From Psilocybe cubensis (Eukaryota), in the NCBI GenBank assembly GCA_017499595.2, contig CM039001.1, forward strand, positions 2,356,001-2,420,000: a DNA stretch of 64,000 nucleotides. Direction: 5' to 3'. Made by a program: the position numbers and the translations under genes. This document shows, in pieces, positions 40,124-53,347 of the stretch (positions are counted from its first letter, which is position 1; each line of letters starts with the position of its first letter). The notes beneath the pieces were generated by a model. It did not search any database, was not told the origin of the DNA, and saw only the letters and a program-made list of their open reading frames with translations.

Positions 40124-40264
40124 GGCGGTTGAAGGTTGAGGACAAGGTAGAGAGTGGAGGAGACGAGCAGAGATGATACTAACAAGAAACAACAAAGCAT
40201 GCTCACCTGCCAGCCACTGTGACTTGTTTGAATTCCACCTTCACCTTTCTTCTTTACTGTAGCC

Positions 40265-40847
40265 ATGGCACCCCCGACACGACAGCCACAGCCAGCACCC
40301 GATTCGCCCCGTTCCTCACTGTCTCCGGCTCCCGCAGGCTTGCAGGGAGATCTTGAAATGGAGCTGTTTGCGTTGGCAAACGCGCTCTACAACTTGGGAA
40401 CTACGGTCATCAATGATTCTACCAAAGAACGTGATAAGCCGGGTGGTGGAAAACAGGTTGGACTCCGTGTGTACGCGTTCACGTTTGAATCGTTCAGGTT
40501 TGCCCTTTGACTATGCTGCAGAAACGATGTGGTGTCCCACCTCAGCAACTTGGATGAAATGGCCCAGCATGTTTCAACGAGAATTCCCATGCAGATTTTG
40601 GCTGACATTGATAATTCGCGAAATCCCATGCAACTGACCAAGGAAAGACTGGAGCGAGCGGCTACTGAGAATCAGTTCATGAATGGAAAAATCTCAGCGA
40701 TCACGGTGAGTGCATCCGAGTGGTGGAGACTGGGCAGCCAGTTTAATCGTCTGCCAGTCATACCGACGATTGCTGGACGAAGCAATTGTTCAAAGCTTCC
40801 CTGAACTGGAATCCGAGTTGAACGGACAATCCTCGGGCACTCAATAA
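40265..40847 (+). CDS. MED10: Mediator of RNA polymerase II transcription subunit 10
   Basis: LYNLGTTV...IPMQILADIDNSRNPMQLTKERLERAATENQFMNGKI..|SYRRLLDEAIVQSFPEL, the Med10/Nut2 signature. Confidence 0.92.
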
Positions 40848-41271
40848 CAGACTCTGTTCAAATTGGACGGCCTCTCGAGGCACTGCGAGATTGCCGAGAT
40901 CAGGAGACTGGTGCTTAGGCCGTTGACGAGCAGATAAGATTGAGGGCCTGTATGTACGATATTATACTTAGGAACATACATAGATATTGGAAGTAGAATT
41001 GGGATTAATCATTATGTCCGATGAAACAGTGGAAAGTGTGGGCCGCGATTGTCACACGTCGTGGCTAAATACCTGACATGGCAACCGGCGTTGGCTCTGC
41101 AAAAAGAAAAGACTTTTCAGTTTTATTCTCTTCTCACTTTCGGGCCTTCATATAATCCTTTCTTTTCCCCTCTTTTCTACTTATAATCCACCCTCTCAAT
41201 CCATCTGCGCCCCATCCCCGCTGCTGTAACATACCCAATCTAATTCTTCCTTCCCAGATACCCCCGGCCTT

Positions 41272-43372
41272 ATGGCGGACATCATTAGGACATACGCTGC
41301 TCTCTCTCCTTCCTCTTCCAGAACCGACGTCGCTGCTGTATTCAATAGTATCATCGATGGTAACGTCTTCTGCAAGCGGTCCTAGCCACCCGTCTCATTT
41401 CATCTCTTCCAGCGAAACCATTCACATTCGATAAGTCATCTCGCGTGGAACTTATCAAGTCCATCATCACAGACGTGAAGGCGTGTGGGTCCAAAGCAAA
41501 GTTGTCCTCCAAAGGTAGCGTCGCCATCTATCTTCAGAGACATCAATATCTCTGACGTAAAGTAGACGCCACACTTGCGTTGCTCTCTGTGAAAACTCTC
41601 GGAAAGGATCCATCGGGTTCAGCCTATATCGCACAAGCAAGCGTTTTGTCCACCCTTCTCGGACTCGCAACCACATTTATCAAAGACGACCCCGATGCTG
41701 CAAGCGAAGCCCTGCGCTGTATAGCGAATGCCCTACTCTTAATTGAACAAGCTCGATCTACTTTTATCAGCGACGAAGTTAATGGCGGTGATACGTGCAT
41801 TCTCATGCTTGAGGTGCGTCGGTTTTTTTATGATCCGTCTTGCCGTCGTATCCAACAACCTCCCAGAAATCGTCGTCTGCAGATCATATTTTCATCCTAT
41901 CACGAATCCTTTTTTTATCAACGGCGGCCGGTCCATCTTATTTGGAGACAATAGTCGATACCAAACACCATGGGCGTACTATAGTCGAAATTCTATCCTC
42001 CAAGCTCGACTTCCTGTCCACAGCTAATCGCAATGGCACACCGTCGGCTAAAGAGGCAACTATTGACTTGTTGAAGTTTATCTTTAACATTCTCCTTCAC
42101 TATCCAAAGGTTTGTGGATCGCTTTTCATTTGCTAATGGTACTAAATTTGGCCTAGTTAACGGAGGAGGAACCCCAACACACCCTCCCCAATGGCGAAGA
42201 AAAGATCATGGGCGATTTTTGGAGTTCCAAACTGGACGGGTTAGAATTTTTTTTCGTTTCCTCTGTTGACTTGCCCACTTATGACATCTTCTTTCTAGCC
42301 TCCTTCCGCCTCTCCTACGCATCTTCAATACCCTCCCACCAACATCTCCCGCTCCTATCACCGCCCCTCTTACTCATGTTATCCATTCTCTAATCACTAT
42401 ACCAGTCAATAACTCTCTCAAACCAATTTGGCTAGGAACTTCGCCCCCTTCCGGCCGAAATTCTACAAGTAGTAGCCCAAAAATCAAGACTCCGAGTGAA
42501 TCCGTCCCTGGGAGTCGCAGTGATTCGCCAACGCAAACGCCGACATCACCTAAACCGTCTACTCTGGACCGTGCTTTGTCTGTCATTGCCGCGGGACGCC
42601 GGTCGCTGTCGCGTACACCTTCTCCAAGCACCCAGGTTCCCTTCGATGTTCTCCAACGTGCTTACGACCTATTTGAACAAGGACTGTCGTATTATTTCCC
42701 GGATAGTGTGGATCCTGACGATGCGGATTTACGCAAACGTGCCAAGGCTGAGTCGCAGGATACCGTCGAAGACATTCTTTCGCCAATAGTTGTCCTGATC
42801 ACACGCTTGTGCATGGCAGACGAAGGCACCAGAGTTCGTGTCCGCCAATGGCTTGTACCTGATGACTTGGACAGGTCCTCCCCACTGGAACAAAGGCCAG
42901 ATACTCTTGGAAGATGTCTGCGCATTCTTTCATGTGTGTACCATGCACGGCTGAAGGACTCTGTTGGAGAAATGATGTACGCGATGGCCGATTCGGATGG
43001 TAAGTTAAACTCTAATATGGCCCTCCAATAATGGCTAATCAGGTCACTGTACAAACAGCGTCGGTCCTCTCTGCCTTGGTTGGTTATGGAAATGTGGCTG
43101 GCTTCCTCTTCAACAAAGGTGTTCTCTCTGCACCTCCTGCCTCCAGCAGCTCGTCATCTGCACCACAAACCACTGCGTCTGGCGAGCAGATTAACCCCAT
43201 CACTGGAACGACTTTACAACCCAAATCCGATCTCCCAGAGATGACTGAAGAAGAGAAGGAGCGCGAAATGGAGAAACTCTTCGTTCTGTTTGACCGACTC
43301 GAAAAGAATGGCGCTCTCCCACCAGACCAAAATCCAATTCGCAAGGCCATACATGAGGGTAAGTTAGGCTGA
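41272..43372 (+). CDS. RIC8: Ric8/synembryn G-alpha guanine-nucleotide exchange factor
   Basis: EALRCIANALLL, LSALVGYGNVAGFLFNKG, INPITG and EMTEEEKEREMEKLFVLFDRLEKNG. Confidence 0.93.
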
Positions 43373-43903
43373 GTGTATTCAAATTAATGTGAAGACTATC
43401 ATGATTCCCTACGACAATTATCTCCTACAATTAATTTCTATACTTAATACCTTTATGTTTTTTTTGTTTTATGTACAGTCGTGTTCAATCAAGTATAAAT
43501 AAAATCATTTGCAAAGAAATAATTTGCCATTCTTCCAAATATATCGTGTGTTGGGCGCTCAACTTAGCCTTTGTTGACGGTTAGAACTTCATTGTCGATC
43601 GATAAGCGCTCAGCGAAACGATGATAGCCCATCAAGAAAATTGTATTTGGCGTAGGCACATTAATTGTATATGATGATGGTGGGTGATACTACATACTTT
43701 AAATACGCTGTACAAAAGAATGGTATTTGTTATATAACATTGAACCACGGGGCAAAGCAAACGGGAAGATCATAAGTTTGCTGTAAAGGTCATGATGCAT
43801 CACAAAAAAGCAGTGGTCAGGTAGCATAAAGCAGATCATAAGAAAGCCAGCAATGGTCTGTAGGTGAGACGGAATGGTGAAGGGAAAAAAAGAAATGGGA
43901 TAC

Positions 43904-45758
43904 TTAGAAAGTTATTTTCTTCCCCTCGAAGTTGCTGATTCCGCCAGACCTAGGGTTTCCACGAGGAGCACCACGTCCACGACCTCCACCACGTCCACCG
44001 CGGTCTCCTCCACCGCGTCCTCCACCACGTCCACCGAAGCCTCCACGGCCGCCGCCACGGCCTCCACGGTCACCCCCGAATCCGCCACGACTGCCGCCAC
44101 GGCCGCCTCCTCCACCTGAGGCATCTCTAGGTTGGGAGTAGTCAAGACGAATAGCTCGTCCCTCTATTTCAGCACCATTTGAAGCAGCGAAGGCCTTCTT
44201 GGCACCCTCGATGTCCTCGAATTCAACATATCCGAAACCTTTGGGGCGACCAGTTTCACGATCGGTAGGAAGGCGAACATTCTTCACACCGTAATCGTTG
44301 AAGAAACTCCAAACAGTATCCTCAGTGACACCAAAGCTGAGGTTGCCAACAAATAAGGTAGCACTCGGGGGGCTGACTTGGTCGCCAAAAGCCTTAGCCC
44401 TGTTCTCTCTCGACTTGTTCTTATCCGGAGCAGTGCTCCTGTCGATGTTGACAGGGCGCCCGTCAATCTCGACACCGTTCATAGCAAGAGCCTTCTCAAC
44501 AGCTTCACTAGTTGTGAAGCGAACATATCCGAATCCTCTGGATTTACCGGTATCACGATCCATTTGCACATTGGCCGACTCGACCTCGCCGCACACTGAA
44601 AATTCTTGGGCAAGACGGTCGTTGTCGACGGACCACGAGAGGCGTCCAACGAAAATCGTCTTCGACTCCTCGGGCGCATCACCAGCTGGAGCAGCGCTAC
44701 CATCGGCAAGCTTGACTTTCTTAGTCTGAGGCTCAGCATCGTCATCAGCTTTACGTTTCGTGGCTGTAGGGGCGTTCAGTGTTAATCGTTATTAAAAGAA
44801 AAAACAAAGAAACGACGTACAGCCGTTGGTAGTAGGAGCTGCCATTTTGACGTCACCGTCTTCATCGGAAGACGATTCTTCTTCAGAAGATTCAGATGAA
44901 GAGTCGGCCTTCTTAGTTTCCTTAGCAGGCACCTCCTCCGAAGATTCACTGTCACTGCTGTCGCTGTCGCTGTCTGAGGATTCGTCCTTTTTGGCGGGGG
45001 CTGCCTTTGCAGGGGCGGCTTTTGTGGGTGCAGCCTTGGCCGCTTTTGCTGGGGGTTCTTCATCGGACGACTCCTCAGATGAGGAGGAAGAGGAAGAGGA
45101 AGAAGATGCTGCTTTCTTAACAGGTGCAGCTTTTTTGGGAGAGGTTTTGACGGGGGCAGCCTTCGCGGGAGTAGCTTTCGCGGGGGCAGCCTTAGTAGGG
45201 GCGGGTGCAGAATCGGAATCGGAATCAGAGTCAGAATCAGAAGATTCCTCTGATGATGAAGAGTCCTTCTTAGCGGGGGCAGCCTTCTTAGCAGGGGCAG
45301 CTTTGGCGGCAGGCTTAGCGGCAGGTTTAGCGGGAGCGTCGCTGTCGCTATCGCTAGAGTCGGAGGAGGTAGAAGGAGCCTTGGCAGCCTTCACTTGCGC
45401 AGCTTTGGGCTTCTCATCCTCGGAAGAGCTATCACTTTCGCTCTCCTCCTCTGAGGAGGAAGACTCCTTGGCCTTTTTGGCAGCCTGGAAATGTTATTAG
45501 CAAATATTATACACTAGTGAAAATTGTAAAACCTCACCTTTTTGCCATTCGTCTCAGCCTTAGCGGGAACTGCGGGGGCCTTGGCCTGAAAACGATAAGC
45601 TAAGTTTATACGCAGAAAGAAAAGAGAAAAAAAAGAAAACTAACAGCTTTGGCAGCCTTGGCCAAAATTTCTTTTGAAGACGCAACGACGACCTTCTTTT
45701 CTTCCTTGACTTTGGGAGCGGACTTCTTCTCCGACTTCTTTTCTGAGGATTTGGCCAT
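43904..45758 (-). CDS. NSR1: Nucleolin-like nucleolar protein (Nsr1/Gar2)
   Basis: Alternating acidic-Ser and Lys/Ala/Pro blocks, two RRMs (KSRGFGYV; RPKGFGYVEF), RGG/GAR tail and C-terminal FEGKKITF. Confidence 0.95.
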
Positions 45759-46008
45759 TGGAACGGATAGAAGATGGGGTGGATGAGGGGGTCGGAAGGG
45801 GTGGTAGAGAAATCCACTTCCAATTTTTTTTTGATTCTGAAAGCTTCATTAGGGTAGGTTCTATAATATCACATGATCAAGCGGCAGAGCGGTCCGTCGC
45901 ACACCTTGCCCACTCGTCCAACGCTCCCTCTTAACGAAAGCTGCTTGGACGACGATCCTTGTGTTGGTCGCCGATTGATTCAAATCACCCAAATATCACT
46001 AAATGTAC

Positions 46009-47837
46009 ATGGAAGAAAATCAATTCGACGTTGTTATATTCGGGACGGGGTTGGTGGAGAGTATAGTTGCTGCGTAAGTCCACCCGTTTGGAATCTGTTA
46101 GTTGGCTGCCTGAATTTCGTCCCGAAGTGCACTCTCAAAAGCAGGATACAAAGTTGCCCACATTGACTCCAACTCATATTACGGAGGGGATGAAGCTAGC
46201 CTCTCTCTAGATGAACTTGTTCAGTGGGCAGACGGCATCTCTCATACTCCTGATTCTTCATCACGGTTTCAACGCGTCACTCGTTCCACAGAAGTCCCAT
46301 CACAAGCTCGTCAGTACTCTATATGCCTTAGACCAGCTGTTCTATCGGCGATGGGTCCCTTGATCTCATCACTCATAATGTCGGGAGTTGCAAAGTATAG
46401 TGGGTTCCGATTACTGGACTGTGTGAGTGTCTACGATGGATATGGGCGCGCAAAAAGCGTACCGGGCAGTAAGGAGGATATTTTCAAAAGCAAGGAAATC
46501 AGTTTAATTGAGAAGAGAAGATTAATGCGCTTTTTAACCTTTGCTGCTGCCGACTTTGTGGGGAAGAAGGAAATCGAAGGAAAAGAGAACATGCCTTTCC
46601 TTGAATTCCTGAAATCAGTATTTTCTCTGAGTGAGGAGGTATCAACTGTAATCGTATACTCCCTTGCGTTTTGTATGTCTTCTACCGGTGAGTGCTACTC
46701 ATAGATTCTAGTTCAACATTTGACGTTGTCATTATAGAACCGACAATTCACTGTCTTCATCGTCTGCAGAAATATCTGCGTTCTGGCGGGCGATATGGGC
46801 CATCTCCGTTCCTCATTGGTCACTACGGGGGAATAGGAGACATTGCTCAAGGCTTTTGCCGTGCTGCTGCGGTCAGTGGTGGAGTTTATATATTGGCAAG
46901 GCAAGTCACTGCTATTGTTCAAACTCGGCCATCTTCAATCGCAACCCCTGAAAATGAAGACAATTCACGTTCGACATTTAATTATGCCATTGATCTTGAA
47001 GACTTTCCTGACACCTTATCGTGTAATCTAATTATCTCTTCGCCACCCTACATCCCCCCAGACACACGGGAACGAGCCTCACACCTATCACCACCTTCGC
47101 AAATTCAATCAGATGTGGTATGCATCGCTCGTTGCATTGCCATCATCGATCAAGCTCTATCCATTCGAACGCCTGAAAGTGCAACAGAAGATTCATCTGA
47201 GCAAGGTTCCGAAGATACTGAAGCTTCACCACAAACCCTTAAGTCGGTACCTCCAGACACTGCGATTGTCGTATTCCCTCCTTCCTCAGTATCAGATGGT
47301 TCAATGACCCACTCTGCCACCGCGTTGATTAACGGAGAAGGTAGCATGTCAACTCCCAAAGGGAAATGTAAGTGACAAAACCGCATTGATGAACTTTTAC
47401 TTATAGCATCCCATTCCGAAGGGATCATTTACATCGCATTGCCACTATCCTCCGTTCCTGAGGAATCCGTTTCCACAGAAAGTATTGTCAGACCCTATTT
47501 AAATGCCTTGCTTTTGCTTGGGGCGGACCCTCCACATACCCCAGTTACACCGCTATTCACTACATTCTACCTGGAAACTTCGCCATATAATTCACCACCA
47601 TCTGCTCCTGGTACATCGTCTCCAAACACCGATCCTAGCTGCATTATTCCGCCGACATTGCCTATGGTACCTCTTCCTGACATCCCTGATGAGGCGACTA
47701 CTATCGCCGAAAACACGTTCAAAGAAGCGGTTAAATATTTGCGAAGCAGAAGAAAATCTGGCGACGCGGAGGAATCAGAAATTGCTTTCTGGCCACCTAT
47801 CCCAGTAGAAGACGAAGAGGAAGACAACGATTGGTAA
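46009..47837 (+). CDS. MRS6: Rab escort protein / Rab geranylgeranyltransferase component A (GDI family)
   Basis: FDVVIFGTGLVESIVAA|ALSKAGYKVAHIDSNSYYGG, VPGSKEDIFKSKEISLIEKRRLMRFL and YGGIGDIAQGFCRAAAVSGGVYIL. Confidence 0.9.
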
Positions 47838-48118
47838 CTTTAACTTGGACATGCGACTGGTCGTAGTTGTAAATAACGGACTTTGCGATCTATTGGTTAA
47901 TTTATCGAAGTGAGTTGTTTCTTTTTTTTCTCTTTTTTTGGTTACTTACGGGCAAGCAATGCGATAATCCATTTCAGCTTTTGTAAGGAAATACATAAAA
48001 TACAGGTACAATTAATGAGCACGAAAGATACAAAGTACAAATTATTTTTATATGTTTCACAAGCAGGATATCGAAAGCTGCGTGGGCTGGGTATATTGAG
48101 ACGTTACCCCTGGCGACT

Positions 48119-48587
48119 TTATATAACGGTGCGTTTGGTCAAGGTTGTTCGTCTTCTACTAGGGGTGGAACGGATTCCCAGTGTTCGCTTGACTTTGGTC
48201 ATGAACGGTACATGCGTGTCGCGTCCCTATAACGCGTTAACGACTCAGTTTACTCATAAAACTATCAAGTAAGCTTCTTTCTCACCATTGCTCTCAGTTC
48301 GCGCTTAGCATGCTTTCTCCCGCTATGTGTCGTGTTAGGATTGGCAAGAGCTACCTCTGTTTTTAGGAATAAGCCATTTTGTGTTTTTGATTCATAGTAA
48401 ATGACGTACTGTATCCACCTGCAACACGGTCTTTGTCTGGTCTTCGACTGAAGAAGCCACGCCGAGCAGGGCGAACGGTGCCGGTATGAGCGGTACGGCG
48501 GGTACCACCAAAGAGCCCACGACGAGCCGGTCGTGAAGTAGTAGTGGTGTAATTAGTACGACGAGTACGAGTTCCAAAAAGAGGCAT
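48119..48587 (-). CDS. Arg-rich small protein with a Con-6 (conidiation protein 6)-like motif, 118 aa, 3 exons
   Basis: Exons 48587-48410, 48356-48286 and 48226-48119 give ...DRVAGGY|KVALANPNTTHSGRKHAKRELRAM|GRDTHVPF..., matching the Con-6 pattern RVxGGYKAxLxNPN...K.HA...L. Confidence 0.68.
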
Positions 48588-48679
48588 TATAATGGTTGTA
48601 AGGGTGAGTTGTAGATTTTTCTAAGTTCCAGTGGTTGGCTCAACTGCAAGGTTTTATAGACTTGCAAACAGTGATAAGT

Positions 48680-48689
48680 ATGACGTCAT
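48680..48689. promoter_or_regulatory. Perfect CRE (ATF/CREB) palindrome ATGACGTCAT upstream of the Con-6-like gene
   Basis: Sits about 22 bp upstream of a TATAAAA (minus strand, 48652-48658). A second half-site (CGTCA) lies at 48693-48697. Confidence 0.6.
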
Positions 48690-50443
48690 TGGCGTCAATT
48701 CATGCAAAAGTGGGTAGGTATCCAAGGGTATCCAACAAGTATAATAGCCACTCGCAGGAGCGCTCTGGGGCGGGCCCCAGGTATACTTAATGAGCCTATG
48801 ATGACGACACATCTGTCGCAATTCAAACTTTTGATGGTGGCTCTCTATCAAAAGGTTATCATGATATTCAATTTGATAGAAGATTGGCAGATGTCAAATA
48901 GCAGTTACCACGGTGCACACAACATTCCGCAACATGGTTTAGATTCTTCGGCAATACAATGGTTAGCGTCAGTGCCTTGTTAGGTATTAATCCATAGTCC
49001 GGATTGCCGCATTCGATGACTTTGGATATATTAGGCTAATGAGATACCAAATACAGGCATGTTACTGAGAAGTTATCCTCCTACCTAAAGATAGTAGAAG
49101 AAAGAGGCAGCAGCTTATGCTTATGCTTTCAGCCATCCATCACAATGTCACTAATGTTATTCAATATTTCGATGTTGACCGACCTTCTCGAACCATGAAG
49201 GGACGGGCAAAACTCAGTATCTCGTCGTTAAGCCTTTCAATTGTCTACATCTGCTCTTCCAACTGAGACACGTTTCTTGGAATGCAGGATCACTAAGGCC
49301 CTGTAAATAGGGTCCCGTGTTTTTTCATTTGTTGAGTTATGGTGCCGAAAGCAATGAAAGGCCGACATTAAAGTCATTTTCAGATATAACTGGTAGGCAT
49401 CATAGCCCAATATAAATCCCAATTTGCACGAATCAGCGAAGAAGTGGAAACACCTTCAGACAGTAGGAGAGAATACTCACACGAGGATGGGTAGCGAATC
49501 TTGATAGACATAGAGCCTGACAGCGACAAGTCCGTGAACAAATATTAGAGGTGATGGAAAACAGAAAGAGCCTGGCAAAGAACTCGACCGTGGAGGGATT
49601 CGCTATAAATCCGTGAGGTCCCATTGAAACAGTCGCGAATATGACCTTGTCTCAGTCAAATAGTTGTGACATTGTTTAGTATAGAAACATAAGGCGCATG
49701 TTTTGTGCATTTTCAGCTCCCTGCTCGAGCAGAAAAGATATTAATGCTACATTTTGACAGGTATCTGCGAGTTGTACGAGGTTTAATTCCTAGTTGATTG
49801 CTACTCTAATACTAGGGTGGTTTTAAAAGTTTTGAGAGACAATTGCCTGAGGGTGTGTTGTTCGGTTGATCGCGCGTCGCAAAGTTCCGAAGTGTGCTGC
49901 GCTCGGGCCAAGTACGCGAAGCGGCGAAAGCGAACTATCCTTCCATCTTCCTCCGAGCGCTCATGTTCCAAGACTCAACGCGCCTTAACGCGTCCATGCA
50001 TGTAACTTTACAACCCTTTTCTGCTCACGTCATTCCCGGTTCAGGCTCTCAAAAGTCATATCTGCTATCGTTATCATAACCTTCCGAACGTGAACGTGCC
50101 CCCCTTTCTTTTCGGATAAGAACGCTTTGAGGCATTCCTTGAAAATCCAACTGGTGTCCCCCTGTGCAGTTCCTCCCTTGCTACCGCCGTAGTATGGAAG
50201 GAAAGCGCGGCCGCCTGCCTGTCCCATCCTAATCGGCCTTGACGCTTTCCGATACCAGCAAACCTTAAACTGTGTGATTTTTTCCATGTTCTGATTGTTT
50301 TTGCAGGGTCGAGCATGGGTCGAACCTGGGGGTGCGATTGTTTCTCACGTGAGTGCTATCCTGTCCTATTCATGAGGATGTTCTCAGCGTGGTTGCAGGT
50401 GCATATCTTTATCTACTGACTGACAGAAACACCTCTCGCAACT

Positions 50444-53347
50444 ATGTCTGGAGCCCTCAATAGCACTGTTGAGAGCATATCTGCTCGCCTTGAGCATTTA
50501 TTAGGCTTATCGTTGAACACTATCTTATTGCTCTTGCTTGGTCTGGGTGCATCTATCGCTGTATTCTATAAACCTTTGCGGAATGCTGAAGAGAAGAAGC
50601 AAGCCAATGGAAATGCGCAAGAGTCTGATGCAAATAAGCACCGTCAACCCGGTGGTGAGTAGCTCTACCAGACCGTCACGTCTCCTGCGCAGTCTATGTA
50701 AAGAGGATAGATATATTGCGCAGTAGGATGTTTTGGCTTCTTCAAGCTCACTGGTACTCAATGCAGAATGGATACCTGTCAAATTTGTCTACCCTCCCGT
50801 TGAAGCGTGTACGGAGCGTTTGGCAGAACGGAAACCAATTCCATACCGGCCGTTCCGATGGGGAGCCTACCAGTCCGTATTTCCACTTGTTTCTATGAAC
50901 TATTTCGTTGAAAGTAGGATTTCTAGTGTGAATATGGGCATCCGTAATATGCCCTGGAATGATTGGATTGAGGTAATTGCCGGAAAGGATGGTTCTGATT
51001 CTAGCGCTAAATGTTAAAATGTAGCTGGACAAGGACCACGCAGTTTACCACAGGATCAAAGTGCATAGAGTTCAAACGCGTGGACAAGCAGCTGTTCGAG
51101 TGTTGACCGACGACGCTAATCCGGGGGTTGTTAAAGGTGGTGAGGAAGCAGGTTAGTGCATATTATGTTGCCAGTGGAACGAGACTAAAGAAATTTACTT
51201 GATAGCCATCGAACTTGTTCATGAATTGGCGGAATATCTTTCCCGTCGATACCCCAAAGATTTTGAGGTCATCCGATATTCCGAACGCTTGATCGACCGA
51301 GACGGGGCGTACTGCGACTGGGGATGGGAGGATTTGCCCGCTATCCGAACGATTAAGATTACGTCCTTGGATGCTTCTTATGAGCTGCCGTTATCGACAA
51401 ACGACGGAGACCGGGCACCTGAGAAAGCAATGGAAATTGCTGGATTATTGTACGTGCGCCTCTGCGTGATTGCTAAACATTTTGTTGACAATGTGTTTGT
51501 AGGATTCAAGATGATTTAGCATTAATGCTTGAAGGTATGTTATGTGGAGTAAGAGAAAAATTGACCTAACTGGCTTACAGGCGTTGATGGAAAATATTAC
51601 TTCCAAGCAGGCTCTATTTGCTTGCCAGGTGAGTTCCTTTCAGTTTCGTTTACGGGAAATTGTATTGCTTCCTGTTCCTTCTCTGAACAATGTACTTTTA
51701 CCGCATGGGTTACATTCGTACTGACATGTACGTTTCCCCGGACCCAGGATTCTGGCGAATGAGCGACAAAATTGGTTTACGTTTGGACAACATCCACATC
51801 ACGGGAAACGTCCCACAATGTACGTCCCTTGCTATGCGTTTGATTCGTTTGCGACTGCTGTCTGGATTTGAGTTTGTTCTTTGGTTTGTTTCTTTTGCAT
51901 CATCTTTGATGACTGGACGACATTGCGATGCGTTCATCTTGGTTCTCACACAGCTTAAGCTGTTCAAGTTCTCAAAGGTTTTCTTTATTCTCCCGCTCGG
52001 ACGAGACTCCTTTTACGGATCTTGTCAATAATACGATCAGATCATGCAGCCCTGGTAGTAAATTTACTCGGGACTCATTGGATCAAGCCCACGTCCATAT
52101 ATGTGCTTTCGGGCATTCCCTCTCTACAAATGCAACTTCTCGTGGGTGTGTTGGGGTGCAAAAAGAGAGGCAGATGGGGTTGTGGCCTAATTTTTTTTTG
52201 TGTTCGTATGCTTTCGCTGGGTGGGAGCGCAGTGAGGAGGCAGGCCCATTAGAAGAACTTCTAATCCGGGTTTCGGGGATGGGATGATGTCGTCACCGTT
52301 GCAGTCTGATATTGGCGTGCGTCGTATTTGGAGGGAGTGTTGGTGTCACCTTTTCCGCCAAGGCTGGGACACATGAGCACAGGAGATGGCATTGGCGTTG
52401 GTGATTGCGGGTCCGCGAAGGTCATCGATGTTTGGGGATGCAGATCTGAAAAGCCCGATTGGTGATTGAAAGTCTAAGTATAGCTGGATTGGCGAAGGAA
52501 TAGCGGTGAAGGAGATTACTTTACGCGTGACGAATGGCTAGATCACAGAGGTACATCAGCCTCGGTGTGGCTAGATAGTACATTTGATCTCGGAGATGGA
52601 CACGGGTGTCAGTGAGCCAAATTGTGTCGCACAAAGGCCGATCTGCAGAGATCCCCCTGAGTGTTGGAGGGATGCATAGCCCATACGGATGATAGGATTG
52701 ATGATTGAAGGACGCGTTTGAAGCAAAAAAGAGGAGATGCAGTGCATTTCAGAGGATGGAAAATAGCAGGTGTTGGCCGTTATCTGTTGTTATCAAAATT
52801 TGTCTTGGCTTTATGGAAACACGAGGGTCTATTTCTATTACTAACGACTAGCATTTACACAGACAAGGAAAGATTGGATTTAAGTTTGGAACGATTCTTT
52901 CGACGGCTGCCGGTGGAGAAACCGGTGGTTCGGAACAACTACTTTTTCCAGACGAACGTACCGCAGAAAGAGGAGAGGATAGACGCAGAAGAACTTGCGT
53001 GGGCAGAAAGCACAGTAGGGCCTGAGGAAAGTTTTGGACACGGGACAGCATTTAAACGAGAGAATGGAGCGGGACAAGGAGAAACAGAGGTGGAATGGAT
53101 ACGGTTTCGGTCTGAGCGGCAGACACTGAGACGGCTTCCGCAGAGCGGAGCGGTAGCATTTACAATCCGGACATACTTGACGCCAGTAAAAGAGATAGCG
53201 CGGGAGAAAGGAGTTGCTGGGCGGCTAGCGAGTGCGCTGCGCAGCTGGCCAGCGGACGTGGGAGAATACAAGGGGCGGGAGCGGGGCGGCTGGTTTGAAC
53301 CACTGCTAGAGTACCTGGACGAGTGCGAGACGCGTGTGGACGGATGA
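50444..53347 (+). CDS. DUF3445 / heme-dependent oxidative N-demethylase alpha-subunit-like protein with N-terminal TM segment
   Basis: KPIPYRPFRWG, NMGIRNMPWNDWIELD, ELAEYLSRRYP, LIQDDLALM, QAGSICLPGFWRMSDKIG..LDNIH..GNVPQY, VVRNNYFFQ and FRSERQTLRRLPQSGAVAFTIRTYLTP. Confidence 0.88.

Noticed and set aside
44826..45500. 224-aa plus-strand ORF antisense to NSR1 (likewise 54107-54871 antisense to atf1)
   Set aside because: Shadow ORFs produced by the biased, repetitive codon usage of the real genes on the opposite strand.
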